From Nitrososphaeraceae archaeon (GTDB lineage: Archaea > Thermoproteota > Nitrososphaeria > Nitrososphaerales > Nitrososphaeraceae), in the NCBI GenBank assembly GCA_022545895.1, contig JAKEIK010000176.1, forward strand, positions 1 to 52,615: 52,615 bases of DNA, written 5' to 3'. The position numbers and the translations under genes are program-made. The notes below the pieces were generated by a model. That model saw only the letters and a list, made by a program, of their open reading frames with translations. It did not search any database and was not told the origin of the DNA. Within the stretch, counting starts at the first letter, position 1, and each line of letters starts with the position of its first letter. Positions 21,845 to 32,130 of the stretch are shown here, one piece after another.

Positions 21845-22003
21845 GTGATAAATTTCAATTTTTTCAAGAAAAAGAAGCAAGCAGAGCCTACGGTTAAATG
21901 CGAAAAGTGTGGTGCGACATTCCAAAACGAAGACATGATGTATGCGCATCTCAAAAATAATCATCCTCAAAATGAAGGGACAGAGGAGAAAAAAGGAGAA
22001 TAG
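21845..22003 (+). CDS. single C2H2 zinc-finger microprotein (52 aa), not in ORF track
   Basis: GTG start; MINFNFFKKKKQAEPTVKCEKCGATFQNEDMMYAHLKNNHPQNEGTEEKKGE*; C-x2-C-x3-F-x8-H-x4-H; TTTATA about 28 nt upstream. Confidence 0.75.
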   Translation: MINFNFFKKKKQAEPTVKCEKCGATFQNEDMMYAHLKNNHPQNEGTEEKKGE

Positions 22004-22867
22004 TTGCACAAAGCAAATAGAGGGAACTGATGTTATCATCACCACTTTTATAAATTTTTTCGCGGCGTAAATGCCAATTTATGTTCTTACTATTGTAGTG
22101 GTGCGAGATCAACTGCGTTCATGGTCTTCAATATGGACCAAGGGGACACATTTAAGAGATGCCGTGTGGAGCATCTAAATATCGATACATTAAAGTTGGA
22201 TTTGAAATAGTGAGGAGGAGCATGCTTGAGTTATTCAATCAATTTTACTAGATCAATTTTACTTCGAGAATTTCTAAAAGATGCATGCAATAACTTGGAT
22301 CCAAATAGCTGTCACTTTTCTGCTGTCATTTTAAAGAGTTATAGTAAGGTGGGATATGATCTCCTCTACTGCACGTGACAAAATGACTTTATCATGATTA
22401 TCTATCATAGGAAATACCATATTATATGCATGAAACAAATTACACAAATGGGATGACTATCAATTGGAATTGAGTGATTATTTCAATTATGGTAACAAAT
22501 AAAATCGCTTTGATGAGTAAAAAATTATCCTAAGTAAATAATCGTATTATGCATTGATCTTTGAAATCCACTCTTGACAAGTAGTTATTCAATAGGCTTG
22601 CTTAATTCTTCCATCTAAAACGACCTGCAAAACCTGCTTATCTTGCGACAAGAAGTCCTAGTTTTCGGTAATTTTGAATTTATCGCTATGAAAGAGTAAT
22701 TTTAAATTAGAAAAGTTAAAGCATTTTAACAAATTATTATATCATTGTTATCATAATTTGAGTGTAATTGCAACCAAATAGGCTCATCTTAATAACTATT
22801 CATTTATATATAGATCTAGGTATGCACTTTCATTCAAGAATGTCATTTACTATAATTTTGATTTGAA

Positions 22868-23257
22868 ATGAAAGAAATAGACTACCTCAATCAAATATGT
22901 CTTGACACGCTTTACTCCAACAAATCCGTAAAATATGTGGGTGTAATTGATAACAATAGAAAATTACTTGCCGGTAAATTCAGAAATGAGCTACAAAATT
23001 CTATGATCAAGAATCCTCCAGCCAGGTATAACAATACTAAATGCTGCTCACCAAAATTCTATTTCGATATTTTAGGTTTCTCTAACTTTGAACTAGTGCT
23101 TGGTTCAAATGTAGACCAGCACATATCTCTCGAATCAGATACTATGGAGCTAGTTGTGATTCCACTGACGAGTCACAAAGATAAATATCTGTGTATATAC
23201 CTTGAACCCAAAATTTTAGACCAAAAAATGGTAGCTAAATTATCGAATATTTTTTGA
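22868..23257 (+). CDS. divergent DUF6659-like protein
   Basis: VKYVGVIDNNRKLLAG...LVVIPL...YLCIYLE resembles 18191..18544. Confidence 0.6.
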   Translation: MKEIDYLNQICLDTLYSNKSVKYVGVIDNNRKLLAGKFRNELQNSMIKNPPARYNNTKCCSPKFYFDILGFSNFELVLGSNVDQHISLESDTMELVVIPLTSHKDKYLCIYLEPKILDQKMVAKLSNIF

Positions 23258-23360
23258 TAACCATTGCTCTTAATGTTTGTACGCAAGCTAACGAAGTGGT
23301 GACATTCAAGTGTAGATCATATTTTAAGTAAGGCCATAACCTAAGATACAGGATGCAACA

Positions 23361-23672
23361 GTGAGTGGTTTCAGCCCCAGGAATCAAAATCGTGAAAGTG
23401 ATGAAATAAGAGTAAGAACGAAAACCTTATTAGATCTATTTAAAAAAAATTATTTAGCTAGTAAAAGTAATGATTTTACATCAGACGCGATTGGAAATAT
23501 GCTGGTATGTCTATCCACTTATGAGAAGATATTTGAGGGTTTCCTTCTAGTATCTGAAAAGCGAAAGATGCCGCAAGAAATGACTGACGGGTTTGTCAAG
23601 TGGGCCACTGATCAGTTAGACGAGCTAAAAATAAGCCTAAATGGAACTTATGAAAAGAGGGATATGAGGTAG
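23361..23672 (+). CDS. hypothetical protein
   Basis: 103-aa helical ORF, GTG start, TATA-like TTTTAAG upstream. Confidence 0.6.
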   Translation: MSGFSPRNQNRESDEIRVRTKTLLDLFKKNYLASKSNDFTSDAIGNMLVCLSTYEKIFEGFLLVSEKRKMPQEMTDGFVKWATDQLDELKISLNGTYEKRDMR

Positions 23673-23982
23673 TCATAAGTACACAAATTAAAAAAATGAT
23701 AAAATTCGGTCTTCAGTTATTGTTCCATCCACACCTTACAATTTAAGTCAATAACTTCCGATACTACATTCTGCTGATTTTGTGCCGTCTGTTGCCAATC
23801 ACCTTCAAATAGCACTTTGTAAAATACAGCATTTTAAACACTCAGGATCACTCAGGATACATGAATTTCGGTGAGAATTATTCACGCTTTAAATGCCATT
23901 TAAGAAACGGTCAAGCCTTCTAAACCTGACCAGACTAATTAGTCAATAACTTTTTTAACTCACTACCGGGTTTCCGTCTAAT

Positions 23983-24126
23983 ATGAGTTTCACCAAAGAC
24001 CAGAAATGCAAATGTGGGAACAAAACCTTTCGGGTAGCAAAAGATCCTATTGGTCAGGATAACTTGTCCACATTTCACATTGCATGTGCACAGTGCGGAG
24101 AACATTTCCACAGTTTCAAAATCTGA
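23983..24126 (+). CDS. zinc-ribbon microprotein (47 aa), not in ORF track
   Basis: MSFTKDQKCKCGNKTFRVAKDPIGQDNLSTFHIACAQCGEHFHSFKI*; CxCG...CxxCG; TTTTTAA about 28 nt upstream. Confidence 0.75.
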   Translation: MSFTKDQKCKCGNKTFRVAKDPIGQDNLSTFHIACAQCGEHFHSFKI

Positions 24127-24261
24127 TTTCGTAGTTAATAAAAAATTATACCATCATCATTTCTTACCCATTTCATCATGGATGCATTTTAGCAGTCAAC
24201 CGGATTTATTCTTCAAGTTAAGGTAGAAGTTTTCACGAAATGTCTATTAGTTTGCCTAACT

Positions 24262-25425
24262 TTGATACCCTGTATGAAATTATCCCAAAGTTACAAAATC
24301 TTCCTTCTCCTGGCAATAACAATCTCTGCTTTCTGTCTCCTTGAACCAGAGAGAGGTTATACTCTTTCATCCCCAACGGAGAATCCAGGAATAGATTCTC
24401 AGCCTTTGACTAGCATTTTTAAGAGTATTCAAGATTCTGTGGTTCAGATAACAAGGCCTTCTCCATTTCCTCCTGCAATTCCTAGTAACACAGAGCAGAA
24501 TACTACCGCTTTAGGGTCTGGTTTCATTTATGATATAGAAGGTAGAATAATTACAAACAGTCATGTCGTTGGAGATTCTAAAACTGTAGATGTAATGTTC
24601 ATTAATGGAAGTAGGTATTTTGCGAAAGTAATTGGCAAAGATGTATTCAATGACATTGCTGTTTTGGAACCTGTAAATTTTAGTGGACCGTTCCAACCAC
24701 TACGAATGGGAAATTCTTCAAAACTGGAAGTAGGAGATCAAGTGATCGCCATTGGTAACCCATACGGATTGGCTGGTTCAATGACATCTGGAATAGTGAG
24801 TCAATTAGGGAGACTTGTGACAGCTCAGGGTACTTCTTTTGCAATCCCAGACATGATACAGATAGACGCTTTGATTAATCCTGGTAACTCCGGAGGACCG
24901 TTAATAGATTTAGATTCCAGGGTTGTTGGTATGAATACCGCGGGGATACTGTCTGAAAATGGAGGCTTTTCAGGAATCGGACTCGCTATTCCTTCGAACG
25001 CAATTACTAGGATTGTCCCATCAATACTTGAAAAGGGAATTTTTAATCATCCGTGGATGGGAATAGCCGGACAGACCTTGACAGCAGATTTGACTAATCT
25101 TTTTCAAAATCTGAGTGGGAACTTCCAAGGTGTGTTTATAGAATCGCTCGTGAAAGATAGTCCTGCGGATCGGGCCGGAATGAAAGGAACTCTAACGGAT
25201 CAATATGGTAAGAGACATGGAGGGGATATAATTACTGGTGTAGATGGGAAGAAGATAATCTTCATTGATGATTTAGTTTCCTACATTGAAGATAACAAGA
25301 AACCTGGTGATCAAATAACGATAACAGTTCATCGTGATAGTTCCGATCTTGATCTTAAGATGACGCTTGGTGAAAAACCGTTTCCAAGCGTAGTAAATAA
25401 AACTACTTCACCAGAATACCCCTAA
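24262..25425 (+). CDS. HtrA/DegP-like trypsin serine protease with PDZ domain (second paralogue)
   Basis: GSGF, TNSHVV, DIAVL, IQIDALINPGNSGGPL, PDZ SPADRAGM...GDII. Confidence 0.95.
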   Translation: MIPCMKLSQSYKIFLLLAITISAFCLLEPERGYTLSSPTENPGIDSQPLTSIFKSIQDSVVQITRPSPFPPAIPSNTEQNTTALGSGFIYDIEGRIITNSHVVGDSKTVDVMFINGSRYFAKVIGKDVFNDIAVLEPVNFSGPFQPLRMGNSSKLEVGDQVIAIGNPYGLAGSMTSGIVSQLGRLVTAQGTSFAIPDMIQIDALINPGNSGGPLIDLDSRVVGMNTAGILSENGGFSGIGLAIPSNAITRIVPSILEKGIFNHPWMGIAGQTLTADLTNLFQNLSGNFQGVFIESLVKDSPADRAGMKGTLTDQYGKRHGGDIITGVDGKKIIFIDDLVSYIEDNKKPGDQITITVHRDSSDLDLKMTLGEKPFPSVVNKTTSPEYP

Positions 25426-25645
25426 TTGAGTAATGCCAGTTTAAATAATAAAGATTCTGATGCATTCTCTAGAATTAGGATCCATACTACCATGCACGTA
25501 GATACATGCATGAGATTAGATAATCGAATGTCTCATATCAAGAGATTATATTTCTTGTATTTAGATATCACATTAAAATTGGAATAATTCTATTATGAGG
25601 AAAGTCCGGCTTAGGGATTGTTAAGCTGGTTTTCAAACTGGCTAA

Positions 25646-26707
25646 CTAACGCCCAAATACAAATTGAATTCCAATACTCCCTACATACAGCGAGGCTAAA
25701 ATTATGCCGGTGCGTAAACCTACATTCCTCTTTGACATTAAACCTAGGGCAATCAAAGTTACGATAGTAACGAGTGATATTTGAAAAAGCAGTAATGGCG
25801 TTGGATATATTGAAGAATAAAAACCTCCATGAAGCATTGCTCCGTAAACGGCGACTGCTAACAACAAGGTATTATTTAATATCTTGGATCCTAATACGTT
25901 GGCAATGGCGATAGATGCGCCGTGACCGCCCTTTCTTGCCAAAAGCATTAAGGAAATTTTTTCAGGCATCTCTCCGGCTATAGGACTTATTATAACAGCT
26001 AAAATCACTGCCGATATTCCTACGTCTGCTGAAAATCCTTCAAGGGAATGGATGAAAGGTTCGGCCCCAAGAGCAATTCCAATGGTGCCAGCTAGAAATA
26101 CAATAATTGCTACGACCATTTGCCTCCGGATCTTTATAGGTCTCCTGGAGAGGGGGTTCACTTTGGATTCTATTGATCCACTTGTTTTTTCTGATTTGGT
26201 AGTATATGGCTTCTCCAATTCTCTGTGGGATTTTTCCTTTGCCATTTCTACGAATGCCATAACAATATATGCAATAAACATACTAAGAAAAATTACGCCA
26301 TCAATGTAGTTGTATCCATCGAGAAAAATAACTGCACTAACTACAGCGGTAATTAGAAGGAATATTTTGTCTAACTTGAATGCAGTTACATCAATAGATT
26401 TAAGGGGTTTTTTTGATAGTTTAGTAGTAGCTATTAGTAACATTAGTGCAAGACCCAATGTCATCATTAATAAATTACTTCCTAATCCAGAGGCTATTGC
26501 CACGCCGTATGATCCACTTGCAGCGGCATATAATACAATAACAATTTCCGGAAGTGTCGTAGCTACACTCAGAAGGGTCCTTCCTACAAACTTTGCACCA
26601 TATCTGAATGAAAGATGTTCCGCTCCATACGATAGTAGCCAGCTTGAGAAGGTCAGCTCCGCAAGCCAAAGCAACATCATCACTAAGTTATTGCTGTCCC
26701 CCACCAA
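25646..26707 (-). CDS. sodium:calcium antiporter (CaCA family)
   Basis: Alpha-repeat motifs SVATTLPEI...GSN and AGEMPE...NVLGS; two 5-TM halves. Confidence 0.88.
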   Translation of the reverse strand: MVGDSNNLVMMLLWLAELTFSSWLLSYGAEHLSFRYGAKFVGRTLLSVATTLPEIVIVLYAAASGSYGVAIASGLGSNLLMMTLGLALMLLIATTKLSKKPLKSIDVTAFKLDKIFLLITAVVSAVIFLDGYNYIDGVIFLSMFIAYIVMAFVEMAKEKSHRELEKPYTTKSEKTSGSIESKVNPLSRRPIKIRRQMVVAIIVFLAGTIGIALGAEPFIHSLEGFSADVGISAVILAVIISPIAGEMPEKISLMLLARKGGHGASIAIANVLGSKILNNTLLLAVAVYGAMLHGGFYSSIYPTPLLLFQISLVTIVTLIALGLMSKRNVGLRTGIILASLYVGSIGIQFVFGR

Positions 26708-26985
26708 CCGCTGAACAAGAAAGAGAATAAAATAGGGAATATAAATTAAGACACTTTCTCGTAATCAAAATTTCTTCCTATATGTCTTGTATATACCGAA
26801 TCGGATCAGAAGGAACCAAAGAAGATGCTATGCGGTCCGAGTCACTAGAACGCAAATCTCTTCAAACTACAGCCACCTAAAAGTTGGCTTAAAGCAACTA
26901 CGGGTTCTCGATTTTTATGCTTGTATTTCCATCAGCATTGAACTTGTAATAAATTGCTTGGTCATTTTTCTTGTCGGACATTATT

Positions 26986-27375
26986 TTAGGTCACAGGTAT
27001 CTTACTGGTATGTGGCAGCGGTATTTTTAAAGTTACAACGCCATTTACATAGGTAGCTTTGCTGTTAATATTCTCTTCATCTGTAATGGAAAATGGTAAA
27101 GGTATTCTTTTTTCCACGTGCATCGGCCTTTGCATATAATGAACTGTCGTAAAATCTAGTCCTTCCGCAGTTCTTTTTGCCTTGATAGATAAAATGTCCT
27201 TGTATATGCTAAGATGAATATCTTTTTTCTGAAAGCCTGCTAAGTCAATAACTACTATGAGTTCTGATCCTTCTTCGTAAACATCCACAGGAGGCATAAC
27301 AAATTCATAGAACTCTCTTGAACGGTTCCCAATCTCTTTAATAAACTCCTTAGCCATGAATTGACCTACACCCAT
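26986..27375 (-). CDS. hsp20: small heat shock protein (Hsp20/alpha-crystallin)
   Basis: PPVDVYE...IDLAGF.K.DI...A.Y.NGV.TL.IP. Confidence 0.93.
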   Translation of the reverse strand: MGVGQFMAKEFIKEIGNRSREFYEFVMPPVDVYEEGSELIVVIDLAGFQKKDIHLSIYKDILSIKAKRTAEGLDFTTVHYMQRPMHVEKRIPLPFSITDEENINSKATYVNGVVTLKIPLPHTSKIPVT

Positions 27376-27648
27376 GATATTGGTTGCTACCGATCCTATA
27401 AATTCTTTATTTTTTTGGATCTGAGAGGAATAGTCAAGTACACGCTTGGAGATTAAATGATCTTTGTGTTAATGTTTACAAGGCATATGGAATATTCTAA
27501 ACAGATTAGATGTCACGGAACTAACCGATCAATCAATAAATTTTTCAGATCAGGGGGGAATTGGCGGAAAACGAAAGATTATGAGAATTAACAATTCAAT
27601 AGTAATAGTACATAGCACACTAGGACCTAATTTACGTCCGGCTTAATC

Positions 27649-27831
27649 TTAATCTGATATGGTCACTGCATGATAACCCGTCTTGCATATAGGGCATGAC
27701 GCATGATCGCAAACACATTCAATGCAGAACTGGTGTGCATCGTAGAACGCACATATGCTATCAAAATGAAGACAATTTTCACAGACAACATGCTTGAGAC
27801 AAGGATCTGTCAGGGTAGTTCCGATTGTCAA
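27649..27831 (-). CDS. small Cys/His-rich metal-binding protein (60 aa)
   Basis: 9 Cys and 5 His in 60 aa including CENC, CIEC, CPIC; TATATA upstream on the minus strand. Confidence 0.6.
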   Translation of the reverse strand: MTIGTTLTDPCLKHVVCENCLHFDSICAFYDAHQFCIECVCDHASCPICKTGYHAVTISD

Positions 27832-27926
27832 TAATTGTGAAATATAAACGCCCTATATATGATTAATGTTTTTTTTGAATCTGAGTCAAACGTTTCTGTT
27901 TATTAGGTGGTACATTCCTTTGAATC

Positions 27927-29249
27927 ATGAAATATGTATCGGAAATCTGCTACGTTTCACCGATAGCATTTTTTAATACAATTGAAATTATTTTTCTTGT
28001 GTACTCGCTCCAAGTCCCAAGAATTGATATGCTTGCAGGAATTGAACTTTATTCAACCAAATTTGAGGGAATCGGAGGTCGCATTAAGGATAGGAATGAA
28101 GATTTTGAAGTTACAGAAATCTTACATAATTCAGTATTCAAAAAATTTTCCAAAATCAAGACCAAAAAGAATAGGTTTCCGCTTTATGTTTTAGAGAAAA
28201 CTGGGTTGGATTCAAATCATGCCCTGATTGAGATCCGAAAAGAGCTAGGAATACATGTGCGATTACTTGGCATCAAAGATTCAAAAGCAGTGTCGTTACA
28301 GTATTGTACCAGTGAGCAAGATACTATCCAAAATGTTAGCACAAGACATACGAAACTAAGGCTGCTTGGATATACAGAAGAATCTGTCAGAAAATCCCAC
28401 ATGGTTGGTAATAGGTTCGATATACGAATACACGAAACCAACAATAATAACATTTCAGACTTTTCTGAAGAATGTCGTTTCATACCGAACTTCTATGGCT
28501 TACAGCGGTTCGGAAGTGCCCGATTAGTAACACACTTGGTAGGCAGACAAATCCTTAAGCGAGATTTTCAAGGTGCAGTAGATTTGCTGCTTTGTTATAC
28601 CACCGAATACGATACAGAATTCAGCAAGGAAATAAGAGAGAGGTGCCAGGATCCACAAAATTATCAGTCCGTATTGCGAAATATGCCCCGCGGAATGGAC
28701 ATAGAGCGGCTGATTTTGACTGCGCTTGTGAATGGAAAAAAGCATATTTCGGCCTTGCGAGAGATACCAATCAACATTAGGCGACTATTTGTTCATGCGT
28801 ACCAAGCATATCTTTTCAATAAGTGCTTGAGTACTGGCATAAAGGAGGGGGAAAATGTTACCGAATGTAAAGTCGGAAATTTATGTTTTGAGATTGAGGA
28901 TCAATCTAATTTAGGAAAGTTACAAAAATTTGTTGATAGCATGAATCCTGATAATGTGGTTCCAGCGACACAACTCGCTGGTTACTCGCTGCGCAAGTTC
29001 AAGGATAGATTCGAAGAAATACTGTTTGGAATACTATCAGGGGAAGGCTTGACTCCCAACAACTTCTTCTTAAGAGAGATGCAAGAATTGAGTGTTGAAG
29101 GAGGTTTTAGACAGTTACCCCTTATGGTAAAAGATATAGATTACGAAAAGACTAAAGGATTAAAGTTTAGGTTACCAATAGGTGCGTATGCGACAACTCT
29201 ATTGCGAGAACTAATGAAACCATCAAATCCGATTAAGGCCGGCTTTTAG
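27927..29249 (+). CDS. truD: tRNA pseudouridine(13) synthase TruD
   Basis: EDFEVTE, GIKDSKAVSLQ (catalytic Asp), GNRFDI, PNFYGLQRFG, AYQAYLFN, FRLPIGAYATTLLRE; true start probably about 30 codons downstream. Confidence 0.96.
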   Translation: MKYVSEICYVSPIAFFNTIEIIFLVYSLQVPRIDMLAGIELYSTKFEGIGGRIKDRNEDFEVTEILHNSVFKKFSKIKTKKNRFPLYVLEKTGLDSNHALIEIRKELGIHVRLLGIKDSKAVSLQYCTSEQDTIQNVSTRHTKLRLLGYTEESVRKSHMVGNRFDIRIHETNNNNISDFSEECRFIPNFYGLQRFGSARLVTHLVGRQILKRDFQGAVDLLLCYTTEYDTEFSKEIRERCQDPQNYQSVLRNMPRGMDIERLILTALVNGKKHISALREIPINIRRLFVHAYQAYLFNKCLSTGIKEGENVTECKVGNLCFEIEDQSNLGKLQKFVDSMNPDNVVPATQLAGYSLRKFKDRFEEILFGILSGEGLTPNNFFLREMQELSVEGGFRQLPLMVKDIDYEKTKGLKFRLPIGAYATTLLRELMKPSNPIKAGF

Positions 29250-29447
29250 GCGAGAAAGACAAAGATGGTTACCAGATCTAAAATTAGATGATTGAGTTTA
29301 GAAGGATGATGATTGAAAGAAACAAAATATCTTGTATATATTGATTCGCTGTTATAAGTTGGCTTGCTGCTAGCTAGATCACGTTGTTCGACCTGACAGC
29401 AAAATCGAATACTATACGCAATTTGTACCAAATATAAATATCACTAA

Positions 29448-30110
29448 ATGCATCTTACTATATTTATGCTTGGCAGTAGAGACTATCCGAAGCTAATACA
29501 AGATAAATTGACGCAAATTTACTCTGCTGGGGTTAAACATAAACAGTTAGATTCGGATACGATTGATGTAGCAGAGGCAATCCAATGCAATAGATTATCT
29601 TATTATGAGAGGACCGAGCCTGAAAATGATGCCCTTCCCCAGATAATTCAGAGAATTTCAAAACTAGGCTTTCGAGATGCTATGGGGAGTAAAGCTGCAG
29701 AATACAAGGTGGAAAATCTAACTTTAATTGTGACTCCTGACCTAGTTTTTGAAAAAGACTTCGTCGTCAATATCTATCCTGTTTCGACTATTCCTGATTC
29801 ACTTCTTCCTGGGGATATGCTCTATACAAACGCATGTTTGTTTGCTCTTGACAGGGAAGTAGGAGTAGTAGTCTATGTCACACCAGATGGCCAACAAACT
29901 CAATATTTTGTAGGAAAAAGCAACCGAATGTTTGAACAGGTCGTAAGAAGAGCAAGAATTCTTAGTATATTGCTGGGCGAACGAAAGACGCCAGTCATAG
30001 AGCCAAGCCAATATTGTCTTAATTGCAAATACAATGATAGGTGTTTCCCGCAACAAAAGGACAACAGCCCCCAACTACTGGAAGGCCTCTTTGGTTTGGG
30101 CAAGAAATAG
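29448..30110 (+). CDS. solo Cas4-like Fe-S protein (PD-(D/E)xK-derived, degenerate active site)
   Basis: N-terminal CNRLSYY plus C-terminal P..YCLNCKYNDRC four-Cys cluster pattern; no CRISPR context. Confidence 0.8.
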   Translation: MHLTIFMLGSRDYPKLIQDKLTQIYSAGVKHKQLDSDTIDVAEAIQCNRLSYYERTEPENDALPQIIQRISKLGFRDAMGSKAAEYKVENLTLIVTPDLVFEKDFVVNIYPVSTIPDSLLPGDMLYTNACLFALDREVGVVVYVTPDGQQTQYFVGKSNRMFEQVVRRARILSILLGERKTPVIEPSQYCLNCKYNDRCFPQQKDNSPQLLEGLFGLGKK

Positions 30111-30236
30111 CAACAGGAGTATTGCCGGTATCAAAAGTAGAAGCAGCAAGATTACCCAAAACAGTAAGAGAATGATTATGGTGCTTATCCATTGCTCTGA
30201 AACAAACCGCTTAATTACCTCTGTTCCTAATACAAT

Positions 30237-30365
30237 TCAGGAATTGGGCGCCATCCCTAAATTTTTCTGTTGATTATATCTTCTACTTCTTGCACCAAAG
30301 ACTACCCCTCCTAAGATAACGAACATTAATGCTGTTATTGCATAAGTTATCAACAGATCGGCCAT
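30237..30365 (-). CDS. small single-TM protein (42 aa)
   Basis: MADLLITYAITALMFVILGGVVFGARSRRYNQQKNLGMAPNS; TM segment followed by basic residues. Confidence 0.6.
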   Translation of the reverse strand: MADLLITYAITALMFVILGGVVFGARSRRYNQQKNLGMAPNS

Positions 30366-30488
30366 ACACAATCTTTGCTGGACTAGAATATTTTTGTTTC
30401 TCTTTGAGACTCTTGTCTGAGAGTAGAAAAAGGACACTTAGACAGAAACTTCAATGGACAATAGACCTAATGGTTGGATAGACACTCC

Positions 30489-31085
30489 TCAAGGGAAGGT
30501 AAGCGAATAATTATTCTCTCCGCCTGATGACTGAAAACTAGAAGTTTGCTTGTAAGAAAATGTCCCATTTATAATGTAATGTTGGGAGTTCACTACAGTA
30601 CCATCTAAGCTAGTTTCACTTGGACCTTCTCTTTCGATCACTTTGCTATCCTTAACCATTATGCTGCCATTCCCGACAATGGGGAAAATGTTGGCTTGGG
30701 AACCCACAAACCCTGTAGGTTTTTCGCCAATGTCTCCTGAAACCATTCTTCCAGAGTTGGTATATAAATTGTAAGAAATAACTTCTAACATCACAGTAGC
30801 TTTGTTTGGATTAAAAATGTCAAAGATGACATTCACTTTTGCCCGAGTCTTATTTACAGGTTCCACGTGAACATCCTTAATTGAAACAACTAAGGATCTT
30901 GCATCTCGCATTGCCTCTTCATTAAAAATCTGTTCACCCACGTTGACTGATGGCAATTTTAAATCCGGCAACTTTACACTTGAGAAATTTCCAACACTAA
31001 GGCCAAAGTTATTTATTACTAAGACTATTCCCAAGATCGTTATTATCATAACTCCAGAGGCAATATACACAACCCTTCTATTCAA
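30489..31085 (-). CDS. membrane-anchored LEA-2/WHy-like protein
   Basis: N-terminal TM; V.FDIFNPN...LE.ISYNLY...G pattern. Confidence 0.7.
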   Translation of the reverse strand: MNRRVVYIASGVMIITILGIVLVINNFGLSVGNFSSVKLPDLKLPSVNVGEQIFNEEAMRDARSLVVSIKDVHVEPVNKTRAKVNVIFDIFNPNKATVMLEVISYNLYTNSGRMVSGDIGEKPTGFVGSQANIFPIVGNGSIMVKDSKVIEREGPSETSLDGTVVNSQHYIINGTFSYKQTSSFQSSGGENNYSLTFP

Positions 31086-32130
31086 TTACTTAACAAACAG
31101 TTACTGTGAAGGTATAATAATTTATGTTTAATATGCAGAAAAAAGGATACAACTGCCTTACGCCAGATAGAGTGAGTCATGAGATTTCCACTAATTTTGA
31201 GTAATAGCTATACAGATTGATTGATGAACGAATGACAAATTCTGATGACTTATTTAGCCGATCTAAACACATTTAGTGTTATTATGATAATGGTTAATTC
31301 GAGTATAGACCAAAAATTATTTAAAGAATAATTGATTGGAAACTGTGATTGACATCCGAACATATTTCTTACGACTTCTGAGAGCATCCCAGATATATTG
31401 ATGATTTCATCAATGGATTACTAAATTTAATGATAATCTCCAAAATCAATTCAATTGCGGACAGTGAAAAAACTGAGATACTTTTCAACGTTCGTCAAAC
31501 AAATAGCGAATGCGAATTATATGAAGCTAATTACAGTCGACAAATCTTGTACGCAAGAGTGGGACAATGGATTTTACTGAGCAGAAAGTATTATCTTCAT
31601 TTGTGGTTAGGAATGACGTTATGATCGCTGATACAATAGAATCAATTTCGGAAGAATCTGTCAAAATGTTAGATAAGCTGGCAATGATCCCAGTAAAAAT
31701 TTTGTGAGGTGTAACGGACGCTCCAAAGAAGTTGTTATCCATCCCCTCTTTTTTCTGTATTTAATACATTTATCGAGCCGATCTTAAAACTCCCCATCTC
31801 GAAGCTTCATTAGATGACAGCTTGAGTCTAAGACAATAGTATTAGAAACGTTACTATTACAAGTCGAATTACTACTTTTGAATTAATCGTATCTGATAAA
31901 TTGATCATATTAAGAGTAATATCTTCAGGAAAAAAACTCCGCCCTAAATATTCTTTTTAGTGAGTCAAAAAATCTCAGATAGCATGATTGTGCTGATATT
32001 GCAAACATTGGGTTATGGAAAATGATTTGAACTGGTGAGATTTGATAAATTAAACACTATAACCCTAGCCAATGGCATTCACAAAGATAACATTAGTGAG
32101 AGTTTAGAGACACATACGGATTGATAATTT

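Noticed and set aside
21772-22045. Two minus-strand ORFs in the track
   Set aside because: Shadow frames of the + strand C2H2 microprotein at 21845-22003
23839-23858. Tandem 10-mer CACTCAGGAT x2
   Set aside because: Isolated slippage-type duplication with no associated structure
1-27000. Left half as a provirus or genomic island
   Set aside because: No integrase, transposase, capsid or att repeats seen; content resembles lineage-specific paralogue expansions with low coding density
31215-31270. Possible C/D box sRNA (TGATGA...CTGA)
   Set aside because: Boxes overlap, the terminal D box is imperfect and there is no terminal stem; expected by chance in AT-rich DNA
31300-31742. Short overlapping ORFs that may be a degraded gene
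   Set aside because: Fragments in several frames with no convincing homology
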